Of a stretch of 64,000 bases of DNA, positions 10,283-19,631 are shown in pieces. Source of the stretch: Candidatus Aminicenantes bacterium. GTDB taxonomy: Bacteria > Acidobacteriota > Aminicenantia > Aminicenantales > Saccharicenantaceae. The stretch is taken from NCBI GenBank assembly GCA_963742235.1, contig CAVULT010000030.1, positions 149,655 to 213,654 of the forward strand, in the 5' to 3' direction. Within the stretch, counting starts at the first letter, position 1; every line of letters begins with the position of its first letter. The notes under the pieces were generated by a model. The model was not told the DNA's origin, did not search any database, and was given only the letters and a program-made list of their open reading frames with translations. A program made the translations under genes and the position numbers.

Positions 10283-13200
10283 ATGTCGAACCGAGTCTAT
10301 TTGAGTAGCATCTCTATTGGGGCCCTCGCCCTGATCCTTACGGCCGCAGTCATTTCCACCACTCCGCTCTCGGCGCAGTCGAAGGCCCGGCAGCCGGCCG
10401 CGAAGGAGCCCGACCCTTACGCCGGCCTGTCCCTCGGCGCCTTCAAGCTCAGGTCCATCGGGCCAGCGCTGACGTCGGGCCGCGTCTCCGACCTGGCCGT
10501 CCGGCCCGGAAAGCGGCATGAATTCTATGTCGCCGCGGCCTCGGGCGGCGTCTGGAAGACGGTCAATGCCGGGACGACGTTCACCCCGGTTTTCGACGCC
10601 GAAGGCTCGCATTCCATCGGCTGCGTGACCATCGACCCCCAGGATCCGAACAACGTCTGGGTCGGAACGGGCGAGAACGGCAACCAGCGCTGCGTAACCT
10701 ATGGCGACGGCGTCTACAAGTCCGTGGACGCCGGCGCTTCCTGGACGAATGTCGGCCTGAAGGACTCCGAGCATATCGGCATGATCGCCGTCGATCCCCA
10801 CGACTCGAACGTCGTCTACGCCGCGGCCTATGGCCCCCTGTGGAGACCCGGCGGGGAGCGCGGCCTCTACAAGACGACGGACGGCGGCAAGACCTGGACG
10901 GCCGTCCTGACCATCGACCAGGACACCGGCGTCTGCGAGGTCCACCTCGATCCGCGCAACCCCGACATCCTCTACGCGTCGGCCCATCAGCGCCGCCGCC
11001 ATGTCTTCTCCCAGATCGGCGGCGGCCCGGGATCGGCCGTCTACAAGTCGACGGACGCAGGCAGGACCTGGGAAAAGATCGTCAAGGGATTTCCCGCCGG
11101 GGACCTCGGACGGATCGGTCTAGCCCTTTCCCCCGTCGTTCCGAATCTCATCTATGCCATCGTCGAGGCCCAGGAGGACAAAGGCGGCTTCTACCGGAGC
11201 GTGAACGGCGGCGCCTCGTGGGAGAGGAGAAGCGGCTACTTCTCGAGCGGGAACTACTACCAGGAGATCTTCTGCGATCCCAAGGACCCGGGGCGAGTCT
11301 ACGCCATGGACATCGTCCTCGGCGTCACCGACGACGGCGGAGCGACCTGGAGACCCCTCGGCAGCGAGAACAAGCATCCCGATTCCCATGCCTTCTGGAT
11401 CGACCCCGACGACACGGACTATTACCTGGACGGCAACGACGGCGGCGTTTACGAGTCGTTCGACCGAGGCCGGACCTGGAAGTTCATGCCCAATTTGCCT
11501 CTGACCCAGTTCTACAAGGTCGCCGTCGATTACGACCTGCCCTTCTACAACATCTACGGCGGGACCCAGGACAACGGCAGCTTCGGCGGGCCGTCGCGCA
11601 CGACGAGCGCCGGCGGCATCGTCAACGCCGATTGGTACTCCACCCAGGGCAGCGACGGCTTCGAGTCGGCCGCCGATCCCGAGGATCCCAACATCGTCTA
11701 CGCCCAGTCCCAATACGGCGACCTGGGCCGGTACGACAGGAAAAGTGGCGAGTCCACGGGCATCCAGCCCAAGCCGCACCGGGGCGAAGCGGAATACCGG
11801 TGGAACTGGGACTCGCCCCTCTTCGTCAGCCCCCATTCGCACACCCGCCTCTATCTCGCCGCCAACAAGGTCTTCCGCAGCGACGACAGGGGCGACTCCT
11901 GGACGGTCATCAGCGACGACCTGACCCGGAGGATCGACCGCAACACGCTCGAGATCATGGGCCGCGTCTGGCCCCTGGGCGCCGTGGCCAAGAGTCTCAA
12001 CACCTCTCCCTACGGCAACATCGTCGCCCTGGATGAGTCGCCGGTGGCCGAGGGCCTTCTCTACGCCGGGACCGACGACGGCCTCATCCAGGTGACCGAG
12101 GACGGCGGAGCGAACTGGCGCCGCATCGACAAGTTCCCAGGCATCCCCGACTTCACCTACGTCAACGACATCATCGCCTCGCATCATGACCGGAACACGG
12201 TTTACGCCGCCTTCAACAACCACAAGCGGGGCGACTTCAAGCCCTACGTCCTTAAGAGCACCGACCTCGGCCGGACCTGGAGCTCGATCGCGTCAGATCT
12301 GCCCGAGCGAGGCTCGGTCTACTCTCTGGCCGAGGACCACGGCAGCAAGGAACTGCTCTTTGCCGGGACCGAGTTCGGGCTCTTCGTCACCATGGACGGA
12401 GGCCGGCATTGGAGGAAGCTCGGTTCGGGACTGCCCCCCGCCACGGTCCGCGACCTGACCATCCAGAAACGGGAGAACGACCTCGTCGTGGCCACGTTCG
12501 GCCGGGGGATCTATATCCTCGACGACTACTCGGCCCTTCGGAACCTCAAGCCCGAAGTCCTGGCCGGAGATGGTCACCTCTTCCCGGTCAAGGACGCCTG
12601 GATGTTCGCTCCGACGACATCCCAGCCAGGCGGCCAGGGAGGAAGCTTCTTCGCCACTCCCAACCCCCCCGTAGCCGCGATCTTCACCTATCATCTTAAG
12701 GAGGCGCCGAAATCGCTGCGCGCCCGGAGGCTCGAGGCGGAGGCCGAGCTGATCAAAGCGGGCAAGCCCGTGTCCTATCCCACCTACGAACGGCTCAAGG
12801 CCGAAGAGAGAGAGGAACCGGCGGTCCTCCTCTTCACGATCGCCGACGAGGACGGCCAGGTCGTCCGTGTCCTTCAAGAGCCGGCGCGCCAAGGCCTCAA
12901 CCGCGCTGCCTGGGACCTCAAGTACCCGTCCCTCGACGCGCCCCAGGTCCAGCCTGCGCGGGCCGCCTGGGGCCGGTCAAGCACGTTCGTCATCCCGGGT
13001 GTCTACACGGTTTCAATGGCCCTGTGCGTCGACAGCAAGGTCCATCAGCTCGCCGGGCCCGTGCCGTTCAAGGTCCAGGCCCTGACCTCGGTTTCGCTTC
13101 CGGCCGCCGACCGTGTTGAGCTCGCCGCCTTCCAGAAAAAGGTTCGCCAACTCGGCAACTCGGTCAACGGGGCTTCGAACGCCGTGGCCGATCTCCTGGC

Positions 13201-13585
13201 ACTCGCCGGGAACTACAGAAACGCTCTCAAGAGCGTCACCGTCCCCCACCAGGACCTCCTCGATTCCATCAAGGCCCTCGAAACAAGGCTTGAAGACCTC
13301 CAGGTGTTCTTGACGGGCGACCGGCGGCTTTTTCTTTGGCGTCTCTCCGAGGAAACGCGACCCGCGATCGCCGTCCGGATCGATGGGATCATAAGCGGGC
13401 AATCCCGTTCGACCTCGGCCCCGACCAAGACCCAGCGCGACGCCTTCGCCATCGCCGAAGAGGAGTTCAAGCCGGTTTACGAAGAACTCAAGAAAATCCT
13501 GGCCGAAGACGTCAAGGCCATCGAGAAGCGGCTCGACGCCGTCGGCGCGCCCTACACCCCAGGCCGGCTACCGGACTGGAAGTAG
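10283..13585 (+). CDS. Large secreted BNR/sortilin(VPS10)-type repeat protein (glycosyl-hydrolase-like beta-propellers)
   Basis: Signal peptide, then repeated S/T-x-D-x-G-x-T-W motifs (NAGTTF, DAGASWT, TDGGKTWT, TDAGRTWE, NGGASWE, DDGGATW, DRGRTWK, EDGGANW, DLGRTWS, DGGRHW). It forms one uninterrupted 1100-codon ORF. Confidence 0.8.
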   Translation: MSNRVYLSSISIGALALILTAAVISTTPLSAQSKARQPAAKEPDPYAGLSLGAFKLRSIGPALTSGRVSDLAVRPGKRHEFYVAAASGGVWKTVNAGTTFTPVFDAEGSHSIGCVTIDPQDPNNVWVGTGENGNQRCVTYGDGVYKSVDAGASWTNVGLKDSEHIGMIAVDPHDSNVVYAAAYGPLWRPGGERGLYKTTDGGKTWTAVLTIDQDTGVCEVHLDPRNPDILYASAHQRRRHVFSQIGGGPGSAVYKSTDAGRTWEKIVKGFPAGDLGRIGLALSPVVPNLIYAIVEAQEDKGGFYRSVNGGASWERRSGYFSSGNYYQEIFCDPKDPGRVYAMDIVLGVTDDGGATWRPLGSENKHPDSHAFWIDPDDTDYYLDGNDGGVYESFDRGRTWKFMPNLPLTQFYKVAVDYDLPFYNIYGGTQDNGSFGGPSRTTSAGGIVNADWYSTQGSDGFESAADPEDPNIVYAQSQYGDLGRYDRKSGESTGIQPKPHRGEAEYRWNWDSPLFVSPHSHTRLYLAANKVFRSDDRGDSWTVISDDLTRRIDRNTLEIMGRVWPLGAVAKSLNTSPYGNIVALDESPVAEGLLYAGTDDGLIQVTEDGGANWRRIDKFPGIPDFTYVNDIIASHHDRNTVYAAFNNHKRGDFKPYVLKSTDLGRTWSSIASDLPERGSVYSLAEDHGSKELLFAGTEFGLFVTMDGGRHWRKLGSGLPPATVRDLTIQKRENDLVVATFGRGIYILDDYSALRNLKPEVLAGDGHLFPVKDAWMFAPTTSQPGGQGGSFFATPNPPVAAIFTYHLKEAPKSLRARRLEAEAELIKAGKPVSYPTYERLKAEEREEPAVLLFTIADEDGQVVRVLQEPARQGLNRAAWDLKYPSLDAPQVQPARAAWGRSSTFVIPGVYTVSMALCVDSKVHQLAGPVPFKVQALTSVSLPAADRVELAAFQKKVRQLGNSVNGASNAVADLLALAGNYRNALKSVTVPHQDLLDSIKALETRLEDLQVFLTGDRRLFLWRLSEETRPAIAVRIDGIISGQSRSTSAPTKTQRDAFAIAEEEFKPVYEELKKILAEDVKAIEKRLDAVGAPYTPGRLPDWK

Positions 13586-13754
13586 GCGCGAATAGAAATA
13601 TTCACGGAAGGAGATGGGAAGTCCGATGGATCTCACTCAAATCCACATCCCCGAGGGCCCGTATGCGGACAAGTATCAGGCCAAGCTCTGAACAACCTGT
13701 GAACGGGGAATCGAGTCTCTAAGGAAGGGTGATAATCTCCAAAGGAGGATCTTC

Positions 13755-15320
13755 ATGAAGCGGACGCTGCGTCTGACAATCGTGGTCATCGCCTGCATTC
13801 TGGGTGGCTTCATGGACGGCCCCTCTCAAGAGAGGACCCAAGCGGAAGAGAGAGAATCCATTTTCGATCGAGTTGTTCATTTGGAAAAAGAGTTTCAGGC
13901 CGATATCCCGCAGGTCGCACGACTATGCGATGAGCTCAAGCTCGAAAAGCGCAGGATCAACGTCGGCGATTGCGAACTCTATGTCGAGCAAGAGGGGCAG
14001 GGCATCCCGCTCGTCCTTGTCAATGGCGGTCCGGGCGGCACCCATCACTGCTTCCATCCCTGGTTTTCACGAGTCAAGGACAGCGCCCGTGTTATTTACT
14101 ACGACCAGCGGGGCTGCGGCCTATCGGACTATGAGCCTGGAAAGGAAGGATATTCGGTGGACCAGGCGGCCCGGGATCTCGAATCGCTCCGAACGGCCCT
14201 GGCCATCGACAAGTGGGTGGTCTTGGGCTATTCCTATGGGGGTTTTCTGGCTCAATACTATGCGACAAGATATCCCGAGAGCCTGGCCGGATTGATCCTC
14301 CTCGGGGCCTCGCCAGGGATGTGGGCTCAAATGATGCCGACGCGGCAATACGATTTTCTATCCAAAGAGGAAAGGGATCGAATAAGGGATATCTACGAGC
14401 AAGCTCAAAAGGTCGGGAAAGAACAACAATGGGAGCCGAAAAAGACGCTGGCACTCCAGGTCTATAACGCCCACCTCAACGGCGATTGGAAGCGGCAGCA
14501 CTTTTACCGGCCGTCTCCGCAGAAGCTGGCCCAAGGCGCCCTCTACGAATGGCATTATGACCTTGTCCATAACTTCAGGAGTGGGATCAATAACTCCATG
14601 GACAAGATCGACCTGACGGGCGCCTTCGAAAAATGCCCCTTCCCAACCCTGATCCTTGAGGGAAAGTGGGACCTGACGTGGAATACGGACAAGCCCAGGA
14701 TCATCGCCAAGAACCATCCCGGCGCCAAGCTCGTCCTTTTCGAGAACGCCGGCCATGGGATCTATGACGAAGAAACGGACCAGTTCTTTTCCACTCTCAG
14801 AGATTTCCTGGCTCGGCTGCCGGAGATCAAGACGGATGCTGTCGCCGATTACAGAGCTTATCTCGCGGAGTGGGATCAAAAACGAAGAAATTCTCCTCTC
14901 TATTTCGTCAGGTTTTTAGGTAACGGCGCGGCGTCGGCTGCGAAGATCGCGCATGTCTATTCGAAAACCTGGTGTGAAGAGCTCCAGGACTGGCCGTTGT
15001 GGCTGTCCAAAGTCGGCCAGGCCCACTATGAGGTAAAGAATTATGCCGAAGCGCTTTATGTCTTTGGAAAAATGGCTGAATTCGCGGAGAAGAAACAGAA
15101 TGTCGAATTCAAGGCGCTGGCGCTTATCTGGCAAGGGCAGATGCTGGATCTTTTAGACAGGCGAACCGATGCGATCAAGTTCTACAAAGAGGCCGCTGAT
15201 CTCAATATCCATGAGATCTGGGAGCACAGCCAATATGGCCTTAAGATCGAACTCTCTGCCTATGCCAGGGAAAGAATGACGAAGCCGTTTGTGCGAATCG
15301 AGAACAGGTTAAGAGATTAG
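13755..15320 (+). CDS. Alpha/beta hydrolase (proline-iminopeptidase-like) with a C-terminal TPR-like domain
   Basis: AGGAGG RBS and a signal peptide. Motifs NGGPGGTHH, YDQRGCG and GYSYGG are present. This is the intact paralog of the frameshifted 1560-3108 gene. Confidence 0.85.
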   Translation: MKRTLRLTIVVIACILGGFMDGPSQERTQAEERESIFDRVVHLEKEFQADIPQVARLCDELKLEKRRINVGDCELYVEQEGQGIPLVLVNGGPGGTHHCFHPWFSRVKDSARVIYYDQRGCGLSDYEPGKEGYSVDQAARDLESLRTALAIDKWVVLGYSYGGFLAQYYATRYPESLAGLILLGASPGMWAQMMPTRQYDFLSKEERDRIRDIYEQAQKVGKEQQWEPKKTLALQVYNAHLNGDWKRQHFYRPSPQKLAQGALYEWHYDLVHNFRSGINNSMDKIDLTGAFEKCPFPTLILEGKWDLTWNTDKPRIIAKNHPGAKLVLFENAGHGIYDEETDQFFSTLRDFLARLPEIKTDAVADYRAYLAEWDQKRRNSPLYFVRFLGNGAASAAKIAHVYSKTWCEELQDWPLWLSKVGQAHYEVKNYAEALYVFGKMAEFAEKKQNVEFKALALIWQGQMLDLLDRRTDAIKFYKEAADLNIHEIWEHSQYGLKIELSAYARERMTKPFVRIENRLRD

Positions 15321-15332
15321 GTTTGCTCGCCT

Positions 15333-15659
15333 CTACTTGGCCTTCGTCGCGATAAGAGAGATCTCCACTCTTGCCCTCGGACGAGCTTGGCGACCTGGAC
15401 GCAGGCACGCGCCGGAGGGTCCGTCGGGAAATAAGTTCCGCAGACTTCATGAATCGCATGGTAGTCATTTGATATCGGTCAAATACACCGTGCAATTTAC
15501 GGCGTCGGCGAGATCCATGCCTCCCTTGGCGATGACGGACTTCAATTTTTCGAGGCAGACCCCGGTCTGGTCGGCCACGTCATCGGAAACAAGGGTGCTC
15601 GTCTTCACGTCCGTTGCGGACGATCCGGCTTTTTCGGCCAGCACCCAGGATGTCCCGAC
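15333..15659 (-). pseudogene. Decayed partial copy of ridA (C-terminal roughly 100 codons)
   Basis: The minus strand reads ...TDVKTSTLVSDDVADQTGVCLEKLKSVIAKGGMDLADAVNCTVYLTDIK-stop. Homology then continues in another frame and returns to VEISLIATKAK-stop. The DNA is near-identical to 9338-9666 apart from one inserted A (ATCAAATGAC versus ATCAATGAC) and one later deleted base. Confidence 0.85.
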
Positions 15660-15660
15660 C

Positions 15661-17388
15661 TCAATATATCCAGCTGGATGTATCAGCCCCGGGAGGGGCG
15701 GTTTTGAGCATGTGCGCTTTCATTTCCGGGGCGAACCGCTGAATGTAGGTGAAGGCGGCATGGAAGCAAGAGTGCATCTTGTCCCCGCTCCAGCAATGCC
15801 CGAACCTGTCGCCGTATTCGATGTATCCATCGTAGTAGGGGTCCTTAGTCGTCTTGAGAAAGTCCTCCATCAGATAGACAGCGTTATTCAGATAGAAGTA
15901 GTCCATGTCCCCGACATAGATCCGGATTTTCCCCTTGAGCTTCGGCCCGAGGGTCTTCCAGTCCCGTTCTAGAATATAGCGGAGGTCATAGTGTTCTTTC
16001 CAATACTCGGCGACGGAGTGATCGATGACCCCGGTCATCTTGTCCCAGATCGGCCTAGGATAACCGTCTTCGCCGATCGGGCTGAAGACGGCCTGCCAGA
16101 TGTCCCACTGCTCACCAGACCGGCCTTTGGTTCCTAGCACAAGCTCGAGATGATTACGCTGCCCTATGGTAGAGGATATTTCTCCGATCTCATTCCTCTT
16201 GGCTGGGCGGGGTGTGGGCTTCCATTCGCTATCGGAGTGATACGCGTTCTTGTGCTCATAGATGTTAACGAGTTGATAAGCCCGGAAGTCAATGGGATCA
16301 GGAGCGCACGACCAGCAGCCGTTGTACTCGTCGGGGTAGAAAATCTGGGCAGCGATGGCCTCCCAGCCTCCTGTCGACCCCCCGGTCAGAGCTCTTGCCC
16401 AACCCTGCCCGATGCACCGAAATCTCTTTTCGATAAAGGGGATAAGTTCGTACGTAATAGCATCTCCATAGGGACCCTGGTTGGCAGAGTTCACGGCATA
16501 GGAATCGTCGTAATACGGGGTCGGGTGCTGTATCTTAATGACGACCATCCTGGGAAAATCAGGGCTTCGCCAATCTTTGTAGAGTTGGTATCCGAGTTCC
16601 TGGACCTCTTTGGCTCGACCCTGAGCCTCAGGTTCCGGAGGGCTTTCCCTGAAGCCGCTGATGTCGTACGAAAAATGATCATGGAAAATAAAAAGAGGAT
16701 AGTGCGCCCTGGGATGCTCGTCATAGCCCTCGGGCAGGAGAACTGAGGCGCCGAGGTAAAAGGGCCGGCCCCAGAACTTGGTCAGGAGTTCGCTTTGGAG
16801 CTTGATGTATTTGATATATTTGGTGTCCACAGGGTCGGCAATAGGAGGGATGACCTTATCGAGGAGGATTGAGATTTTTCGGTCTTCTTTCGGATTGATG
16901 GCTATCTTCCTGGGCGTGCTGGCGAGATTGCCCGGGGCCAGGTTCCACTGCTGGCCTTCTCCCCTGTCCATGGGGAGCTTGAGGACGCGGCCATCAGAGA
17001 GGTGAAATGTCTCGTAGCGGTGAAGCAGCGCCTGAACCCAGTACTCGCGGGCAGGAAGATCGGCAATGCTCTTGAGCGGGTAGCCAAAGACTCCGGCATC
17101 GAAGAGTGCTTCGGCACCCGGCTTTAAAACATCAACGTCGATGCCGAAGGCCAGTTGGGTTTTTTCGGAAACGGAAATCTGAAATCGTGGTTCGGCACTG
17201 TCGTCCGTGGAGAACATCAAGATCATCCTGCCGTCGAGCGGCTCTTTGGACAGTGCTTCGGGAAAGGATACACCAAAGCGGAGCCCCGCTCGTTGGTGAA
17301 CCCCGCCTTGACACGCCGACAGAAAAACAGAAACGGCGGCCAATAAGAAAATGTGGAAAACATTCCTTCTGAGCTTCATTGAGTTCAT
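15661..17388 (-). CDS. Esterase-like (alpha/beta fold) lipoprotein
   Basis: Lipoprotein-type leader (LLAAVSVFLSAC). GGSTGGWEA is a nucleophile-elbow-like motif, and the length fits the putative-esterase family. The specific function is unknown. Confidence 0.55.
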   Translation of the reverse strand: MNSMKLRRNVFHIFLLAAVSVFLSACQGGVHQRAGLRFGVSFPEALSKEPLDGRMILMFSTDDSAEPRFQISVSEKTQLAFGIDVDVLKPGAEALFDAGVFGYPLKSIADLPAREYWVQALLHRYETFHLSDGRVLKLPMDRGEGQQWNLAPGNLASTPRKIAINPKEDRKISILLDKVIPPIADPVDTKYIKYIKLQSELLTKFWGRPFYLGASVLLPEGYDEHPRAHYPLFIFHDHFSYDISGFRESPPEPEAQGRAKEVQELGYQLYKDWRSPDFPRMVVIKIQHPTPYYDDSYAVNSANQGPYGDAITYELIPFIEKRFRCIGQGWARALTGGSTGGWEAIAAQIFYPDEYNGCWSCAPDPIDFRAYQLVNIYEHKNAYHSDSEWKPTPRPAKRNEIGEISSTIGQRNHLELVLGTKGRSGEQWDIWQAVFSPIGEDGYPRPIWDKMTGVIDHSVAEYWKEHYDLRYILERDWKTLGPKLKGKIRIYVGDMDYFYLNNAVYLMEDFLKTTKDPYYDGYIEYGDRFGHCWSGDKMHSCFHAAFTYIQRFAPEMKAHMLKTAPPGADTSSWIY

Positions 17389-18043
17389 TGCCGTTGCCTC
17401 CAGAAAAAGGATCCCTGGCGTTGCACCTGTCGGGAGCGAGCCCGCTCAAGCAAAACACCTTCTTTCAATTGGAAAAATATGCTTGCCGTCCGGCCTTGTC
17501 AACAGCCAATTCTGGTATTTTTGGACCGGACCGCTTCTCGGCCCAGGCATCGAGCCCTGCGGCCTTATCTATATAGAGCTCGATATAACCGAGATTAAAA
17601 GTAATTAGTATTCTGCCGCTCTTAGAACCGTTTTCTGGATTAAGTCTGTGTCCAATTTGTGCCCAAAATATCTCAGGAATGTCAAAACATATGGGGGTTA
17701 GTCCACTCTCAGTTGAGAATAACGACTGATTTCGCTATTTACCCAGACTTTGACCAAATTGTGACTGAACTGGGCATATTCCCATATATTTTGGCATACT
17801 CCCACATACCCAGAAATCATTTCTAAATTGTTGGAGGGACTAACTATTACTGTATTTTATGGAGGTTAAGAGAAACAGGTCTTTTGCTTCCAGAGTCCGA
17901 GGCTCTATCCAAGCGACTGATGAAGTGTCGAGATTTGCGCCAAAACGGTTGTGGAAGATGGATGAGAAAGAGCCACAATGATAGACTCGTTACGTGGACG
18001 GGAATTGACAATAAGTATGTGAGTCTTGTGATCTATATGGGGA

Positions 18044-18101
18044 TATTTCGGTAGTGGGCTGACCAGGATCGAACTGGCGACCTCTTGAATGCCATCCAAG
18101 C
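18044..18101 (-). repeat. Partial copy of the tRNA-Ala 3' half (att-like direct repeat)
   Basis: 58 nt match 19498-19556 with 2 substitutions and 1 indel. The match covers the anticodon stem to the 3' end of the tRNA plus 8 nt of downstream flank. Sequence 5' of the anticodon stem is unrelated. Confidence 0.85.
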
Positions 18102-18210
18102 TGGAGGGAGGCTCGTCAAATCGTTCCCTTTCCCGATTCCCGGATCGATCATCGAGCCCCTTCTCTGAGACATTACATCTCGATATCCTTACGGTTCCCA
18201 GCATTAAGAA

Positions 18211-19254
18211 TCAGTTTGCGATGTTATTACGGCTACCACTTAACACGTAGCTCATTCGCACAATTAGCTGGTTCCCCTGTTCGTCTTCAGAGAGAGAATA
18301 GTAGTTATTGTCATGGAATTCGACCGGATCAGGGTCAAAGAATATTTTGCTTGTATGGTTATCCTTCATGTTCACTCGATAGTAAGAGTGCCCTGAAGTT
18401 GCGCCTCTTTCAAAAGAGAGCAGGTAAACATTGTTGGCGTCGACAAAGAAATTCGAATAATAAGGGAAGAAATCGGGAAACACCAGTTCTTCTTTTGGAC
18501 GCTCGTCCCCAAAACGCCTCTTGATTGCACGCTCCTTGTCTTCTTCGGTCACCTTCATCCGTTTGTGATTCAGCATCAGCGTGCGCTCGACCTTTCCATC
18601 GATCGAGGACATGGTGAGGTGGTCGTCATACCAATCGCCCCATAGCACTTCTCGTTCCGAAATAACCGCATATCTAAACATATGTGGAAATATTTCAATT
18701 CGATCGTTCTCGACCTTATTTTCGAGTCTGGCTATGACGGCCTTCTTTTCCATATCTTCATCAAGAGCGAGAAGCTCGGAAATCCGGCTACCTTCCGAGT
18801 AATGCGAGATTTCTCCAACAAAGGCCCCTTCAGTGACATAGCGTATCGATCCCAGCCTGGGCAATCTCGCCGTGGATAGCTCCTTGACGAGGTCCCCGTT
18901 AGTCGAAAACACAATGATCTTGCGATTTCCAAGATCCTGGATAATCAGCTGATTCCTATTATTCAATTCCAGACTTCGTGGCACCATCATCTCGCCCGGA
19001 CCTTGGCCTTTTTCTCCGATCGTTCTTATGAATTCCCCTTTCTCATCAAAGACTTTGATATTCCGGTCCTTGTCATCCAGCACATAGAGGTGCTTCTCTG
19101 GATCGGATGCAAACGCCTGTATGGTAAAAACCATTTTGCCGTTTCCATATACGGCTTCGGTCTTGGCAATAGCGCGGTGCTCCCCTTCGTTAGCACAAGC
19201 CAGGAAACCCAAGAGGCAAGATAATAAGGCCCCTTTTGCCAGAAAAGGCTTCAT
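18211..19254 (-). CDS. 6-bladed beta-propeller (NHL-like) lipoprotein; low-GC, foreign-looking
   Basis: The internal start at MKPFLAKGALLSCLLGFLAC gives a lipobox. The repeated hydrophobic-strand pattern (YVLDDKDRNIKVFDEKGEF, LIIQDLGNRKIIVFSTNGDL) fits a beta-propeller. Codon usage is visibly A/T-rich relative to its neighbours. Confidence 0.6.
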   Translation of the reverse strand: MKPFLAKGALLSCLLGFLACANEGEHRAIAKTEAVYGNGKMVFTIQAFASDPEKHLYVLDDKDRNIKVFDEKGEFIRTIGEKGQGPGEMMVPRSLELNNRNQLIIQDLGNRKIIVFSTNGDLVKELSTARLPRLGSIRYVTEGAFVGEISHYSEGSRISELLALDEDMEKKAVIARLENKVENDRIEIFPHMFRYAVISEREVLWGDWYDDHLTMSSIDGKVERTLMLNHKRMKVTEEDKERAIKRRFGDERPKEELVFPDFFPYYSNFFVDANNVYLLSFERGATSGHSYYRVNMKDNHTSKIFFDPDPVEFHDNNYYSLSEDEQGNQLIVRMSYVLSGSRNNIAN

Positions 19255-19505
19255 TTCAAAACTCCTGCTGGCACTACTTTTTAGTTCTTTTCCGGATCCC
19301 GAGATTTGTTGTTTTCTATTAAAGAACATAAGTAGCGCGAAAGCAATGGATATTCTTCCGCCCTCTTTCTAGATCCCTCCCTGGAAACCACGTTTGGACA
19401 CGGTGGGGACAAAACCGCCAAGAATAACTCCGTATGGGTGACTCGGGCTGAAGAGCAACAACGAAAAAGGATTCTAGAAAATCAGGGGAAACGGGGTTAT
19501 TTCGG

Positions 19506-19581
<76 letters not shown>

Positions 19582-19631
19582 ACCGGGAAGCCGATTAATA
19601 TTACAGGAAGCCGGCTTTCCGGTCAAGGCGC

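Noticed and set aside
13614-13691. Small ORF (25 codons, MGSPMDLTQIHIPEGPYADKYQAKL) after a GGAAGGAG in the BNR-hydrolase intergenic gap
   Set aside because: The SD-like sequence abuts the first ATG with no spacer, there is no other support, and it is too short to evaluate without conservation data.
15337-15972. 211-aa + strand ORF downstream of the alpha/beta hydrolase
   Set aside because: It is the antisense reading of the ridA remnant and of the 3' end of the esterase-like gene. The same antisense peptide (KYTVQFTAS.RSMPPLA) appears opposite the intact ridA at 9234-9521.
17905-18204. 99-aa - strand ORF covering the partial tRNA copy
   Set aside because: It spans the att-like repeat and A/T-rich non-coding DNA, has no RBS, and is not coding-like. 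ORF 19438-19704, which overlaps the real tRNA-Ala, is rejected for the same reason.
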